Shown: positions 33,164 to 45,686, numbered from the stretch's first letter. The stretch is DNA of 64,000 nucleotides from Syntrophales bacterium (GCA_963668175.1 OY764159.1:1440001-1504000); one strand, 5' to 3'. The notes: generated by a model from the letters alone, not told the origin. Numbers and translations are program-made.

Positions 33164-35287
33164 TCATTCCTTTTTTCTGCCGTCAAGTTCATTTCTTATG
33201 GCGAGGCCGATTTTTTCCAGGTGATAGGGTTTCTTGACGTAGGTCCTGGCGCCCAGCCGCTGGGCCTCGCGGACGCGGTCCGTTTCCGAAAAACCGCTCG
33301 TGATGATCGCCTTCTGCCGGGGACGGAACTTGATGATGCGTTTGTATGTCTCCAGGCCGTCGATGTTGGGGTCCATGATCATATCCAGGATGACCAGATC
33401 GACCTGATTGTGCCGGACGTACTCGACCGCCTCCTCGCCGCTTGCAACCGTCGCCACGTTGTAGTTGAGTTTCTTGAGCATGACGGAGGCGATCTCCCGC
33501 TGCTCCTCCACGTCGTCCACCACGAGGATGGATTCCCTGTTGCCCCTGTAATCCTCGATGGCAAGCCTCGGCTTCTCTTTGGGCTTCTTTTCCTGCGTGA
33601 CCGGAAAGAAAAGAGTGAACGTCGTACCCTCGTTTTCGACGCTCCGCACGTCGATGAACCCGTTGTGGTCCTTGACGGTCCCCCATACCACGGCCATTCC
33701 CAGACCGGTGCCGCTCCGTCCCATGATCTTTTTCGAATAGAAAGGCTCGAAAATCCGATCGAGGTTATCGGGCGAAATGCCGATGCCCGTATCCTTGACG
33801 GTCAGGGTGGCATACTCGCCGACCTGGACCGTATCGAAGCCCTTGAGCGGCTTGTCGAGGAAGCGGTTCCCCGTTGAAATGCGGACAATGCCCTTGTCCA
33901 CCATGGCCTCCGCCGCATTGGACAGGAGATTCATGAGCGCCTTTGCCAGATGGACGGACGATCCCATGACGTTGGCCAGCTTACTGTCCAGATCGTGGGT
34001 GAACGACACATGGGGATGGAATGTCTTGAGCTTCTCGAATTCAGGTGTCCGCAGATGTTCGAGGATGATATCGTTCAGATTGAGGATCTTGGTATGAACG
34101 ATGCCCCTTCTCGCCAGGGTGAGAAGATCGAGGACGATGGCGGAGGCTTTTTCCCCCGATTTCTGGATCGTGACGAGCGATTTCCTCAAAGGGCTGTCGG
34201 CGGGAATCTGCATGAGAAGCAGCTCCGGATAACTGACGAGGCCGCTCAGGATATTGTTGAGATCGTGGGCGACACCGCCGGCGAGCGTCCCCAGTGCTTC
34301 CATTTTCTGGGCCCGCTGGAGCCGGATTTCAAGGTCTCTTTTCTCCTCTTCCGCCTTCCTGATGGCGGAGATATCGTGATTGTAGATGACGACCCCCACG
34401 GGCAGGCGGCCGGCATCGTAGATGACTTTCTCTTTTCTCCAGACGGAGATGACATCGCCCTTGGCCGAAACCAGTTCGACCTCTTCCTCCCGGTAACCGT
34501 TATCCATCAATTGGCGGAACTGTTCGGCGAACGAGGCCCTGCTCCTTTCCGAGAAGAAATCGGACGTGTGGCTGCCGATCAATTCCTTGTAGGTATGTCC
34601 CACGATTTTTTGCTGCGACTCGTTGCAGTCGACGATGTTTCCCCGGGCATCGAGCAGCTCGACCCCGTCGGGGGCGGCTTCGAAAAGGAGCCGATAGTTG
34701 TCGACCCGTTCGAGGTTGGTGTTGATCTTCCGGATCGTCTGGTAAAGCTCGAAGCTCTCCAGGGCATTGGCACTGTTGAGCAGGATGATCGAAAGCATGG
34801 ACAGGGAGATAAAGGGGATGCTCTGACAGTCATGCGGCAGGATGCCGGCGAACATGCCCCGAACCCGCGAAGACGTAGTCATGACATGGAGGATCATCTG
34901 TTTCTTCTGATCCGCCGTATGGACCGTAACCGGCCTTTTTTCCCTAAGGGCCCAGGCGAAGGTGCCGTTGCCGATAAGCTTATCTACTTCGCCTTGGATA
35001 TAGGCCCGCTTCTGGCGGGAATGCTCGCCCGCCAGTATGAAATCCTGGCTGCTTTCTTCCACAAGGAAGAAGAAAACATCTTCGAAGGGGATCAGTCCAC
35101 AGATCCTCTGCCTGGCCTCCGACAGAATGACGGCATTATCCAGGCTTTTGTTGATGCTGCTCTGAAAATCCCCCAGGGAAGCCGCCATTTCCAGGGCATC
35201 GATCGTGAAGCGCTCGATGTCCTCCAATTCGCGGATGCGGGCCTTAAGGGACGCGGCGGTATCTTTATCGGGCGGTTTGGTTTTCAT
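33164..35287 (-). CDS. GAF-like/PAS hybrid histidine kinase with receiver
   Basis: AHDLNN, GTGLG, REC (VVDD, LDMIM, KP). Confidence 0.92.
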   Translation of the reverse strand: MKTKPPDKDTAASLKARIRELEDIERFTIDALEMAASLGDFQSSINKSLDNAVILSEARQRICGLIPFEDVFFFLVEESSQDFILAGEHSRQKRAYIQGEVDKLIGNGTFAWALREKRPVTVHTADQKKQMILHVMTTSSRVRGMFAGILPHDCQSIPFISLSMLSIILLNSANALESFELYQTIRKINTNLERVDNYRLLFEAAPDGVELLDARGNIVDCNESQQKIVGHTYKELIGSHTSDFFSERSRASFAEQFRQLMDNGYREEEVELVSAKGDVISVWRKEKVIYDAGRLPVGVVIYNHDISAIRKAEEEKRDLEIRLQRAQKMEALGTLAGGVAHDLNNILSGLVSYPELLLMQIPADSPLRKSLVTIQKSGEKASAIVLDLLTLARRGIVHTKILNLNDIILEHLRTPEFEKLKTFHPHVSFTHDLDSKLANVMGSSVHLAKALMNLLSNAAEAMVDKGIVRISTGNRFLDKPLKGFDTVQVGEYATLTVKDTGIGISPDNLDRIFEPFYSKKIMGRSGTGLGMAVVWGTVKDHNGFIDVRSVENEGTTFTLFFPVTQEKKPKEKPRLAIEDYRGNRESILVVDDVEEQREIASVMLKKLNYNVATVASGEEAVEYVRHNQVDLVILDMIMDPNIDGLETYKRIIKFRPRQKAIITSGFSETDRVREAQRLGARTYVKKPYHLEKIGLAIRNELDGRKKE

Positions 35288-36530
35288 GGGCGAAGAAGAA
35301 ACTGAAAATATCGGATAGTTGCTGGTCGGATTGTTCCATCGTCAGCGACAGGACGCTTGAGGACAGGCCCAATTTGTTCCATGCCTCAATGTCCATACGG
35401 GGAACAAACACCTCTCCGCTGGACCCGATGCTCATCGCATTGGCAATGATATCGGCCAGATGAACGATAGAGGCCTCCAGGCGGTTCTGGGACGCCATAG
35501 GGTTGTGGTGTGAGCGGACGGTATTTTCCAGGGAGACGGGCAGCTTCCATTTGGCGAGCAGCAGGCCGCCGATACCGGCGTGATCGTATTCGAAGACTTC
35601 CTTCTCGATCCGGTAGAGGAGTTCGCGTCTCTTTCTGGCCGAGGCAATGACGTCGAGACACTTTTCCGGAACGTGGTTGTACATGAGCAGGCGGCCGATG
35701 TCATGGAGCAGGCCCGCCACGAACAGCCGTTCCGTATTCTGGATGTTCTTATAGCCCGCAATGATTCTCGCGTTGATCCCGCAGAGGATGCTATGCTGCC
35801 AGAAGGATTTCATGTCGATGACCGTGGCCGGTATCCTCTTGAAGAGCGTGACCAGGTTGATGCCGATGGCGAGAAGGCTGATCTGCTTGGTCCCGACAAT
35901 ATTTACGGCCCGGGACAGTGTGTCGATCTTGGCGGGATAACCGTAGAAGGCGCTGTTGACGATTTTCAGGAGCCGGGCGGATAGATTGGTGTCCTTGCCG
36001 ACGACGTCGGCGATTTCATGGGCGGAGCTTTGCGGCCTCGAGATGATGTCGTTGATCTGCGTGTAGATGTCGGGCAGTGTCGACAGCTGGGTGTCTTCGC
36101 TGATGAGGGAGTCCAGGTTGATGGGAGCGGGCGGTATGACGCCCGGATTGGGAATGGCTTCATCGTTCATGAGACGGTCGCCCAGTGGCGGCGGCTCGCA
36201 TATCTTCCGCATTGCGCAGCGCAGGGTACACAGGCGGAAAAGCTCCCGGACGGCCGGGTGCTCCATGTCGGTGTCGACGAAGCGCGCCGCCACCTTCTGT
36301 TCCGCGGTCGCAATGGTCGCCGGGTCGAACTTTCCCATGGCCGCCGCAGCAATCTCTTCCTGGGAGATGCCGACGATATCGGCCTCGATGACGCCCCACA
36401 TCTTGCATATCTTGATATATTTGGGCGTTAGTTTTGTTCCCTTGCCGATCAGGAGCCGTCCGCTCTGATCCCTCAAATCGCTAGCCAGAACCATGTCCGG
36501 CTTCAGTTCAGATATCGTTATGTAGCCCAT
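35265..36530 (-). CDS. HDOD domain protein
   Basis: LLKIVNSAFYG, FWQHS, GLLHDIG, DHA.IG..L..W.LP. Confidence 0.93.
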   Translation of the reverse strand: MGYITISELKPDMVLASDLRDQSGRLLIGKGTKLTPKYIKICKMWGVIEADIVGISQEEIAAAAMGKFDPATIATAEQKVAARFVDTDMEHPAVRELFRLCTLRCAMRKICEPPPLGDRLMNDEAIPNPGVIPPAPINLDSLISEDTQLSTLPDIYTQINDIISRPQSSAHEIADVVGKDTNLSARLLKIVNSAFYGYPAKIDTLSRAVNIVGTKQISLLAIGINLVTLFKRIPATVIDMKSFWQHSILCGINARIIAGYKNIQNTERLFVAGLLHDIGRLLMYNHVPEKCLDVIASARKRRELLYRIEKEVFEYDHAGIGGLLLAKWKLPVSLENTVRSHHNPMASQNRLEASIVHLADIIANAMSIGSSGEVFVPRMDIEAWNKLGLSSSVLSLTMEQSDQQLSDIFSFFFAHENQTAR

Positions 36531-36604
36531 AGATTTTTCAATAGTAACGACAGTAACCCTTTGTCCCCCGGGAAGCGGGCGGCCGAACCCGTGCCGGGCG
36601 TTCG

Positions 36605-37810
36605 TCAGCCGGCCATCGCGCGTAATTCACCGGATATCTGCCGCCCCAGATCGAAGCATTGCTGAAGTACATTTTCGCCGGGAACATGCCTGGTGCGGAC
36701 AGCCTCTCCCGCCGGCGCTACCTTCATCTCGGCGAGAATATCCTGGATCTGGCGGACCGATTCGCCGCTCCAGCCGTAGGACCCGAAGGCCGTGCCGATC
36801 AGGTTGGCCGGTTTCAGTCCCTTCAAATAAGTTAAGACGTCGGCCATCTGGGGGAGCATATGGTTGTTGAGCGTAGGCGACCCCGCAATCAGGGCGCCGG
36901 CGTCGAGGATTTCGTAGACCACGTCGCTGCGGTGGAAGGCGTCCACGGACATGAGCTTGACCTCGGTCCCTCCGGAGGCCAGCCCTTCGGAGATGGCTCG
37001 TGCCATCTTTTCGGTACTGTGCCACATGGTGCCGTAGACGACAACGGCCTTGTTCCGCGGCTTCTGCTCGGCCCACATCTTGTAATTGGCCAGGATGCCC
37101 GGTAAATCCTTCCTCCAGATCGGGCCGTGGTCGGGGGCGATGACCTTGAATTCGAGGCCGGATGCCGCGACACGGTCGATCAGTTTCAACACGAGGTTGG
37201 AGTAAGGCAGGATGATATTGGCATAATAGGTGGCCGCCTCGTACCGGAGGATAGCGGGATCGATCTCGTCGGCGAAACGCTCCGAAGTCGCCAAATGCAT
37301 GCCGAAGGCGTCCTGCGAAAAGAGGATCTTCTCCTCGGCCAGATAGGAAAACATGCTGTCGGGCCAATGGAGCATTCGCGTTTCCATGAAGGCAAGGTTC
37401 ATGTTGCCGAGGTTCAGGGCATCGCCGTCCTTCAGCGGTACGATTTCCCGGCCGTTGTGGAACAGCTCCTCCAGCGTCTTGACGCCCATGGTCGAGGCGT
37501 AGACCTTTTCCGGTCCGACGGCTTCGATGACCGCGGGCAGGCAGCCCGAATGATCCATCTCGGAATGGTTCGACACGATGTAGCGGATCGACTTCGGGTC
37601 AACGACCGAAGCGATGCGGGCGAGCATCTCGTCCATGAAAGGGGCCTTGACCGTGTCCATCAGGGTTATTGTATCGGCCAGAACGAGGTAAGCATTGTAT
37701 GTGCTTCCCCTCTGGGTCAGGTAACCGTGAAAATCCCTCACGGTCCAATCGATGGCCCCAACCCAGTATACATGGTCCGATATCTTAACTGCCTGAAACG
37801 ACTTGTCCAT
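36605..37810 (-). CDS. fprA: Flavodiiron protein (O2/NO reductase) FprA
   Basis: HSEMDH, HWPD, DAFG, APDHG; flavodoxin domain (FGSYGWSGE). Confidence 0.96.
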   Translation of the reverse strand: MDKSFQAVKISDHVYWVGAIDWTVRDFHGYLTQRGSTYNAYLVLADTITLMDTVKAPFMDEMLARIASVVDPKSIRYIVSNHSEMDHSGCLPAVIEAVGPEKVYASTMGVKTLEELFHNGREIVPLKDGDALNLGNMNLAFMETRMLHWPDSMFSYLAEEKILFSQDAFGMHLATSERFADEIDPAILRYEAATYYANIILPYSNLVLKLIDRVAASGLEFKVIAPDHGPIWRKDLPGILANYKMWAEQKPRNKAVVVYGTMWHSTEKMARAISEGLASGGTEVKLMSVDAFHRSDVVYEILDAGALIAGSPTLNNHMLPQMADVLTYLKGLKPANLIGTAFGSYGWSGESVRQIQDILAEMKVAPAGEAVRTRHVPGENVLQQCFDLGRQISGELRAMAG

Positions 37811-37853
37811 GTTCTCCCTCCCAAATGGCTGAATAGCGGGTGCTTCCTGCAAT

Positions 37854-37882
37854 TATGTAACATTCTGACTTACGCGTGTCAA
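37854..37882 (-). promoter_or_regulatory. sigma70 promoter of fprA
   Basis: Minus strand TTGACA-17 nt-TACATA; overlaps a TGAC-N8-GTCA palindrome. Confidence 0.5.
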
Positions 37883-37997
37883 ACAAAATAAGCAACGGGC
37901 GAGGCGTATGAGGCCTTGATAGGACGCACATTCCCCATAGCCGCCTTCGCACGGCCTGATTATTCCATAGACATGGGGACAGGCCGGTGGGGAAGCG

Positions 37998-38705
37998 TCA
38001 GGGGAGGCCTCCGGCAAGGCCTGCCGCCCGCTCGGGGAAGTCGGTAAAGACGCCGTCGGCGCCCATCTTCCTCATACGCCGGATATCCTGCCGGTTATTG
38101 ACCGTATAGACGTAGACGGACAGTCCCCTGCCGTGGGCGTCGTCGAGGAGGGACGGCGGGAAGGAATCGAGGCGCAGGTGTACGGAGGCGACGGACAAAT
38201 CCCGGGAGAAGGAGCAGTCTTTGGGCGGTTTGCGGCCGAAAATGGCCCCCGTCCTGATCGCCGGCGCCTGCTTCTTGAACTCGGCCAGCGCATCCAGATC
38301 GAAGGACGAGACGATAAACCGGTCGCTGTTCCAGGATTTATCCCGGACATAACGGTCGATCAGGGCGGCCGCCGGTCCCGCCGTGCCCGGCCCTTTCAAC
38401 TCGATATTGACCCCCGCCCGCCGGTCGACGAGATCGAGGACCTCCGGCAGGATCGGAATGGGATGGCCGTTGCCCGCGTCGAGTGAACGCAGATAAGCCA
38501 GGGATTTCCCCATGACGGGGCCCCTGCCGTTGGTCGTACGGTTCAACGTGGCGTCATGAAAGACGATCAGTTCGCCTTCGACGTGGTAGACATCGAGTTC
38601 GATCCAGTCCGCCTGAAGCTCGACGGCTTTCTGAAATGCGGGGAGCGTATTTTCCGGTTCATGCCCTGAAGCGCCCCGGTGGGCGATGACGAGGAAGGGT
38701 TTCAT
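37998..38705 (-). CDS. Glycerophosphodiester phosphodiesterase
   Basis: AHRGAS, PENT, ELD, HD, NIELK, TDFP. Confidence 0.94.
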   Translation of the reverse strand: MKPFLVIAHRGASGHEPENTLPAFQKAVELQADWIELDVYHVEGELIVFHDATLNRTTNGRGPVMGKSLAYLRSLDAGNGHPIPILPEVLDLVDRRAGVNIELKGPGTAGPAAALIDRYVRDKSWNSDRFIVSSFDLDALAEFKKQAPAIRTGAIFGRKPPKDCSFSRDLSVASVHLRLDSFPPSLLDDAHGRGLSVYVYTVNNRQDIRRMRKMGADGVFTDFPERAAGLAGGLP

Positions 38706-39703
38706 GCGGGCCTGTCTTCTTCCACCCTTAGAAACTCTGAGAGTTCGGGAAAGACCGCCCGGTCGTCCCGCCAGCGGTAGGTGATGCGCCCGATGCCCAG
38801 CTTTGCCAGATCGGCCGGGAAACGGGACGCCGTTTCTTCCGGAACGACGAGGAATGTCCGGGGCCGGACCTCTTCACCTGCGGCCTGCAGAAGGAGGCGT
38901 GTGCTCTCCGCTAAGAGGGCGGTCGCCGACGGTTCCGTGACGATGCCGAATAGGGCCGCCTGTCCGCCGCCGAAGGCCGTCAGGTCGTGGGCCTCGCCGT
39001 TCCTGGCCGCGAAACCCATCCGGGTCAACTCGGCATGGAGGTCGTGGGCGACCAGGCCGTGGTCGCAGGCGGCGGATTCAAAGGATACGGGGTCCCCGCA
39101 GCCGCGGCCGATGAGTTCTTCCCGGAGTTGGTGGCCGAAGGGGAGCGGCAGCTGCAGGGCTGCCGGGGAAACCTGGTTCTTGATGGCGTCGACCTTGCGG
39201 ACGAACAGGGCCGCCTGTCGGGCGAAATGGGGATTCATGAGTTCCCCGATGAGGGCGACCGACGTCTCCGTATCCCCGTCCTCCATGACCGCCCACGCGC
39301 CGCGGTAGAGGTCCTCGAAAAGCGTTTTGCCGATGCCTTTCTTGCCGCCGCCGATCTTCCCGCGGTGAACGGCGAAGATACGGCCGGAACGGTCCCTGGC
39401 CATGGCCCCGCCGATACGGCGATCGATCCCCCGGAGGGGAAAATTGATTTCGCAGACGATGGGAATATGGGAGGACGGTTCCGGTTTCTCCAGGCCGAAG
39501 GCATTCCAGTACGGGTTGCCGGGCACACGCCGGGAGATGCTCCAGAGCCCGAGACGGGCCGACCAGGAGACTTTCATCCTGATGCTGGCGCCCTGGTGGC
39601 CGATATTCGCCTGGATATCTCCGTCCTTAAAGGATTTGAAACTCTTGACAAAGAGGGCATGGCATTTCCTGATGGCCGCCTCGTCTTCTACGATTTTTAA
39701 CAT
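38702..39703 (-). CDS. Hypothetical protein, possibly a degenerate PD-(D/E)xK nuclease
   Basis: Long ORF with ATGA overlap to the GDPD gene; YWNAFG, CEINFP, HRGKIGGG motifs. Confidence 0.7.
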   Translation of the reverse strand: MLKIVEDEAAIRKCHALFVKSFKSFKDGDIQANIGHQGASIRMKVSWSARLGLWSISRRVPGNPYWNAFGLEKPEPSSHIPIVCEINFPLRGIDRRIGGAMARDRSGRIFAVHRGKIGGGKKGIGKTLFEDLYRGAWAVMEDGDTETSVALIGELMNPHFARQAALFVRKVDAIKNQVSPAALQLPLPFGHQLREELIGRGCGDPVSFESAACDHGLVAHDLHAELTRMGFAARNGEAHDLTAFGGGQAALFGIVTEPSATALLAESTRLLLQAAGEEVRPRTFLVVPEETASRFPADLAKLGIGRITYRWRDDRAVFPELSEFLRVEEDRPA

Positions 39704-39781
39704 GGATTTACCGTCTCCGCCCGAAAACGGGGTAGCGACGATCGCTTCCGTCTCCCCTCGTACGGTCATGGTTGTTTTTGC

Positions 39782-39810
39782 TTGCTCAATATTACGGGCT
39801 ATTGTATGAT
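39782..39810 (+). promoter_or_regulatory. sigma70 promoter of HD-GYP gene
   Basis: TTGCTC-17 nt-TATGAT. Confidence 0.5.
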
Positions 39811-39868
39811 TTGTAAAGAAGAAACAATGGGATAAGAGACAGTAAACCTGAAGCCGCGGGAGGCAGTC

Positions 39869-41440
39869 GTGACCGAGCTATCCTCCGGGACGAACAGTAC
39901 TGTGCCCAGAAGTATCGATGCCCTGGCCATCGAGAACGAACGTTTGCGAAAAATCTACGAACTGGGCAACAAACTCCGCGGCGAAAGGAGCATCGACAAG
40001 CTCCTTCCCCTCGTCATGCGGGAATTCTCCCGTTTTCTCAATGCGGACCGGACCACCCTTTTCCTGATCGACTTCGAAAACAAATACCTGTGGACCAAAT
40101 TTGCCGAGGGCATGGGGGAGGAGAAGATCGTCATCGGTATGAAGATGGGCCTGGTCGGGTCGTGCGTCCTCACCAGGCAGATGCTGAACGTGATGTCGGC
40201 CTACGATGCGCCGTACTTCAACAGCGACATCGACCGCCGGACGGGGTACCGGACGGAAAGCGTCCTCTGCGCGCCCTTTTTCGATCGAAACGGCGAGGTC
40301 GTCGGCGCCGTGGAACTGATCAACAAGAAGAGGGGCATCTTCAGCAGGGAAGATGAAACCCGCACCGTTCGTCTGGCGGATGTCCTCTCCGGCATGGACT
40401 GGAACGGCGGAACAAGCAACAGGCAGGACCGGGAACGCGCCCGTGAGCTCGTTTCCGACCTCCGCCGGGAGACCGATGCTGAACGCAGCACGATTTTCGT
40501 CCTCGACAAGAAAACCGGCGACCTCTGTTCCGTGGCGGCCGACTATATCGACGGCTGGGACATCCGGATCAACATGAATCTCGGCATCGCCGGGCTCGTC
40601 GCCATCACCGGAGAAGACGTCGTCATTCCCGATGCCTACCTCGACTCCCGTTTCGACAAGAGCGTCGACGAAAGAACGGGATACCGGACCCGCTGCATTC
40701 TTTGCGTACCCCTGAAGAACCAGTCGGGGGAGATCATGGGGGTGATCGAGGCCATGAACAAGAACGACGGCGCCTTCACTGACTACGATCTGGAACTTTT
40801 GAAGTCCCTGTCGTCCTACGTGGCCATGTTCATCGAAAACGCTCTCCTCTTCGACGAACAGAGCCGCCAGTTCAAGAGCGTCCTGGAGGTCCTGGCCGCT
40901 TCCATCGATGCCAAGGACACCCTGACGGCCGGACATTCCAAAAAAGTCGCCGAATATGCCGTGGCCATCGGCAGGGAGATGGGGCTGAACGAAGACGGAC
41001 TCGACGTCCTCAACGTTGCGGCCCTCCTCCACGATTACGGCAAGCTGGGCATCGACGACCGCATCCTCAAGAAACCGGGGAGCCTCGACCGGGAGGAGTT
41101 CGAACAGATCAAGGCGCATGTGACGAACACGAGGAGCATCCTGAACAAGATGGCCTTTATGAGGAAATACCGTAATGTTCCGCTTCTGGCCTCAGCACAC
41201 CACGAACGCCTGGACGGATCTGGCTATACCGAAGGGCTGACGGACATACCGTTTATGGCCCGGATTCTTGCCGTGGCCGATGTCTTCGAGGCGCTCACCG
41301 CCGAAAGACATTATCGCCGCGCCCTTTCCATCGAGGAAGCGTTCCAGATCATGGACGGAGATGCCGGGACCAAGCTCGATGAAAATGTCATCGCAGCCCT
41401 GAAATCCTGCTGCCGCAGGGAAAGCATGATAACAGCCTGA
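39869..41440 (+). CDS. GAF-GAF-HD-GYP cyclic dinucleotide phosphodiesterase
   Basis: Two repeated GAF domains (D.RTGYRT..LC.P); HDYGK; HHERLDGSGYT. Confidence 0.92.
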   Translation: MTELSSGTNSTVPRSIDALAIENERLRKIYELGNKLRGERSIDKLLPLVMREFSRFLNADRTTLFLIDFENKYLWTKFAEGMGEEKIVIGMKMGLVGSCVLTRQMLNVMSAYDAPYFNSDIDRRTGYRTESVLCAPFFDRNGEVVGAVELINKKRGIFSREDETRTVRLADVLSGMDWNGGTSNRQDRERARELVSDLRRETDAERSTIFVLDKKTGDLCSVAADYIDGWDIRINMNLGIAGLVAITGEDVVIPDAYLDSRFDKSVDERTGYRTRCILCVPLKNQSGEIMGVIEAMNKNDGAFTDYDLELLKSLSSYVAMFIENALLFDEQSRQFKSVLEVLAASIDAKDTLTAGHSKKVAEYAVAIGREMGLNEDGLDVLNVAALLHDYGKLGIDDRILKKPGSLDREEFEQIKAHVTNTRSILNKMAFMRKYRNVPLLASAHHERLDGSGYTEGLTDIPFMARILAVADVFEALTAERHYRRALSIEEAFQIMDGDAGTKLDENVIAALKSCCRRESMITA

Positions 41441-41740
41441 CAAACCCTCCTTTCTCCCGGAGTGTCCGACACTCCTGATTCCCGTAAATTCCGCCTCCTG
41501 TGTCACGATAAGCAGCCCGCATTTTCAGGACGGGACGGCAACGCCGGACCCCGTATGTCCTGCGTCAGCCATTCCCAATCGGTATCGGGCGGTCTCGCCC
41601 GATGTCGCCGTCGACAGGAACTGTCCGGTTGTACCGGATTTCGAGGCCGATGAGGCGGAACTTGGCCGGAGCAGAAACCGACTGCTTTTCTAACTACCTG
41701 CAATCGTGAGATAAAATCAAATCATTCTCTTTCGTTTTTT

Positions 41741-41757
41741 TTGGCACGGAGCATGCA
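41741..41757 (+). promoter_or_regulatory. sigma54 -24/-12 promoter
   Basis: TTGGCACGGAGCATGCA (GG-N10-GC); IHF-like AATCAAATCATTC at 41715-41727. Confidence 0.7.
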
Positions 41758-42225
41758 AAATCCCAATGAGGATGAAGACCCGGGTTCATCGACCTGTGCA
41801 AGATCGATGACGGTATATCCGGGATGGAGCCTGCCTGTGAGATTGAAAGCAGGTTTGGAGAACGGACGGTCTTCATCGCAAGCGTTCACAAAGGCCAACA
41901 ATCGGAACAGTTGACGCGCAGGAACGGATCGGACGGATTCCTCGCCCCTGCGCGCTTAGCAGGCTGATTGTGTAATATAAAGAGAGTCGCTTGAGGAAAG
42001 GTGAACATCGTGGGGGCATCGACTCCGTCATGGAAGCATGCAAGATGAGACATCGTGACATTGAGGGAAAAGGGGATTTTTCGCGCCGAACGGATAGGGA
42101 TGGCATGATGGGCAAAGACGAGTTGTAAAGCAGGAAAAAATCCGCTTGTCGCTTGGCCGGATGCCCGGTCTCGGAGCTGTGAAAGCCATCGCCCGCGCGG
42201 CGTTATGAACAGAACAGGAGGTTAT

Positions 42226-44130
42226 ATGAAGAAGAGATCGTTGGGTTTTAAATTGATTGTGGGCGGGATCCTCGTTGTCCTGATACCTCTGTCGATTGTG
42301 GGTGTTTTTTCCGCAGTCCGGTCCGCCAAGGCCCTTTCCGATGCGGCCCGGGAGGAAGCGGGTGTCGTTGCCAAGGACCAGGCGGTCATGGTTCAACTGG
42401 TGCTCGGGGAGGAAATCAAACTGGTGTCCGAATTCGCAATTCGGAGGAGCATCATCAACGGCGCGACGACCGGGGACGACCTTGCGAGGATTGGCGAGGA
42501 CCTGGCGGCGGCCATGAAGAAGATCGGGAAGGATTACGAGGCGATCGTCGTGATCGACAAGAACGGCGTTGTCCTCGCCGACGGCATCGGCGGCAAAACC
42601 AAGGGGTTGAACCTGGCGGATCGCGACTATTTCAAGGAGGTCAAGGCCGGAAAGGCGTACGCTGTAGGGAGTGCGGTCAAGTCGAAATTGACGGGGAATC
42701 CCACGGTCGGGGTCGCCAGTCCGATCCAGTCCGCCGACGGTGAATTCGTCGGGGCCGTGGCCGCCATCCTAAAAACCGATTTCATCAGCGAAAAACTGGC
42801 TGCCGTCAAACTCGGCAAAACAGGTTATGTCTTCATGTCGGACAAGACAGGCCTTGTCATCGCGCATCCGAAGAAGGAACTCATCCTGGAAATGAACATA
42901 GCCTCCGCCGAGGGGATGAAGGATTTCGCCGCCAAGGCGCTATCGGGCAAAGAGGGGGTGGAAGATTACGCTTTCAAAGGCGTCGCCAAAATTGCGGGGT
43001 ATTCGACCGTCGAGATTACCGGGTGGAAAGCGGTATTCACGCAGGATACGGACGAGTTTATGGAAGACGCCGTGGCCATCCGGAACTTCATCATCATCAT
43101 CGGCGTCGTCTTCCTGGTGCTGACGATCACGATCGTCCTCTTTTTCGCCCGGAGCATCAGCGGGCCCATCACGCGGATCGTCAAGGAACTGACCGAAGGG
43201 GCGCAGCAGATCGCCACGGCCTCGACGGAAGTCTCGACGGCCAGCCAGTCCATGGCGGAAGGCGCCTCCGAACAGGCGGCCGCGATCGAAGAGACGTCGT
43301 CGTCTCTGGAAGAGATGTCGTCCATGACCCGCCGGAATGCCGATAACGCCGTGGAGGCCAACGGCATGATGGCCGAGACCAAGCAGGTCGTCCTTCGGGC
43401 GAACGAGTCCATGAAAATCCTGACCAGGTCGATGGAGGAAATAACTACCGCCAGCATGGAGACGTCGAAGATCATCAAGACGATCGACGAGATCGCCTTC
43501 CAGACGAACCTCCTGGCCCTGAACGCCGCGGTTGAAGCGGCGAGGGCCGGGGAAGCCGGGGCGGGCTTTGCCGTCGTCGCCGACGAGGTGAGGAACCTGG
43601 CCATCCGTGCGGCCGAGGCGGCCAAGAACACGGCGGGCCTGATCGAAGGGACTGTCAAGAAGATCAAGGACGGGGCGGAACTGGTCAACACAACCAACAG
43701 GGATTTCGCGGAAGTCGCCGAGAAATCGGTGAAGGTGGCCGAACTGGTCAACGAGATATCCGCGGCGTCGACGGAGCAGGCGGAAGGCATCAACCAGGTG
43801 AACAAGGCGGTCGTCGAGATGGACAAGGTCGTTCAACAGAGCGCCTCCAACGCCGAGGAACTGGCCAGCGCCGCGGAGGAGACCAACGCCCAGGCCGCCA
43901 TGATGCGAACCAACATCGTTAATTTGAGGACCATTATCAGCGGCGACGAGAAGCTCGACGGAGGCCGGTCCGGGGACCGGCAGCACTTCGACGAGCGCGC
44001 TGAAAAACCGCCTGCCAAGGCCCTGGCGATATTCAAAAAGGACCGAAAGCCGAAGGCGGCAAAGGGAGAGAGCCGGCCGCATGCCGAAAAGGTCATCCCT
44101 TTTGAAGACGACGAATTCAAGGATTTCTAA
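42226..44130 (+). CDS. Methyl-accepting chemotaxis protein (dCache sensor)
   Basis: Two TM helices; [24 protein letters not shown]-terminal EFKDF. Confidence 0.96.
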   Translation: MKKRSLGFKLIVGGILVVLIPLSIVGVFSAVRSAKALSDAAREEAGVVAKDQAVMVQLVLGEEIKLVSEFAIRRSIINGATTGDDLARIGEDLAAAMKKIGKDYEAIVVIDKNGVVLADGIGGKTKGLNLADRDYFKEVKAGKAYAVGSAVKSKLTGNPTVGVASPIQSADGEFVGAVAAILKTDFISEKLAAVKLGKTGYVFMSDKTGLVIAHPKKELILEMNIASAEGMKDFAAKALSGKEGVEDYAFKGVAKIAGYSTVEITGWKAVFTQDTDEFMEDAVAIRNFIIIIGVVFLVLTITIVLFFARSISGPITRIVKELTEGAQQIATASTEVSTASQSMAEGASEQAAAIEETSSSLEEMSSMTRRNADNAVEANGMMAETKQVVLRANESMKILTRSMEEITTASMETSKIIKTIDEIAFQTNLLALNAAVEAARAGEAGAGFAVVADEVRNLAIRAAEAAKNTAGLIEGTVKKIKDGAELVNTTNRDFAEVAEKSVKVAELVNEISAASTEQAEGINQVNKAVVEMDKVVQQSASNAEELASAAEETNAQAAMMRTNIVNLRTIISGDEKLDGGRSGDRQHFDERAEKPPAKALAIFKKDRKPKAAKGESRPHAEKVIPFEDDEFKDF

Positions 44131-44298
44131 CGTCCCCTTCCCCGGAGGAAGGATCAGGTGCCCGGCTATCGGCCAGGCCGTCTTTCCTCCGGGGCCCACC
44201 TTATGACCTCCTGATCCCCGGCGGACGAGCTTGCTTCGTTCCCGAACAGTACCCGGTGCTTCCGTTTACGGGACGGCATCCGTCCCATTACATCTTGA

Positions 44299-45651
<1,353 letters not shown>

Positions 45652-45686
45652 CGGTTGGTCGGGGATAATACTTAGAAAAGTGTGAG

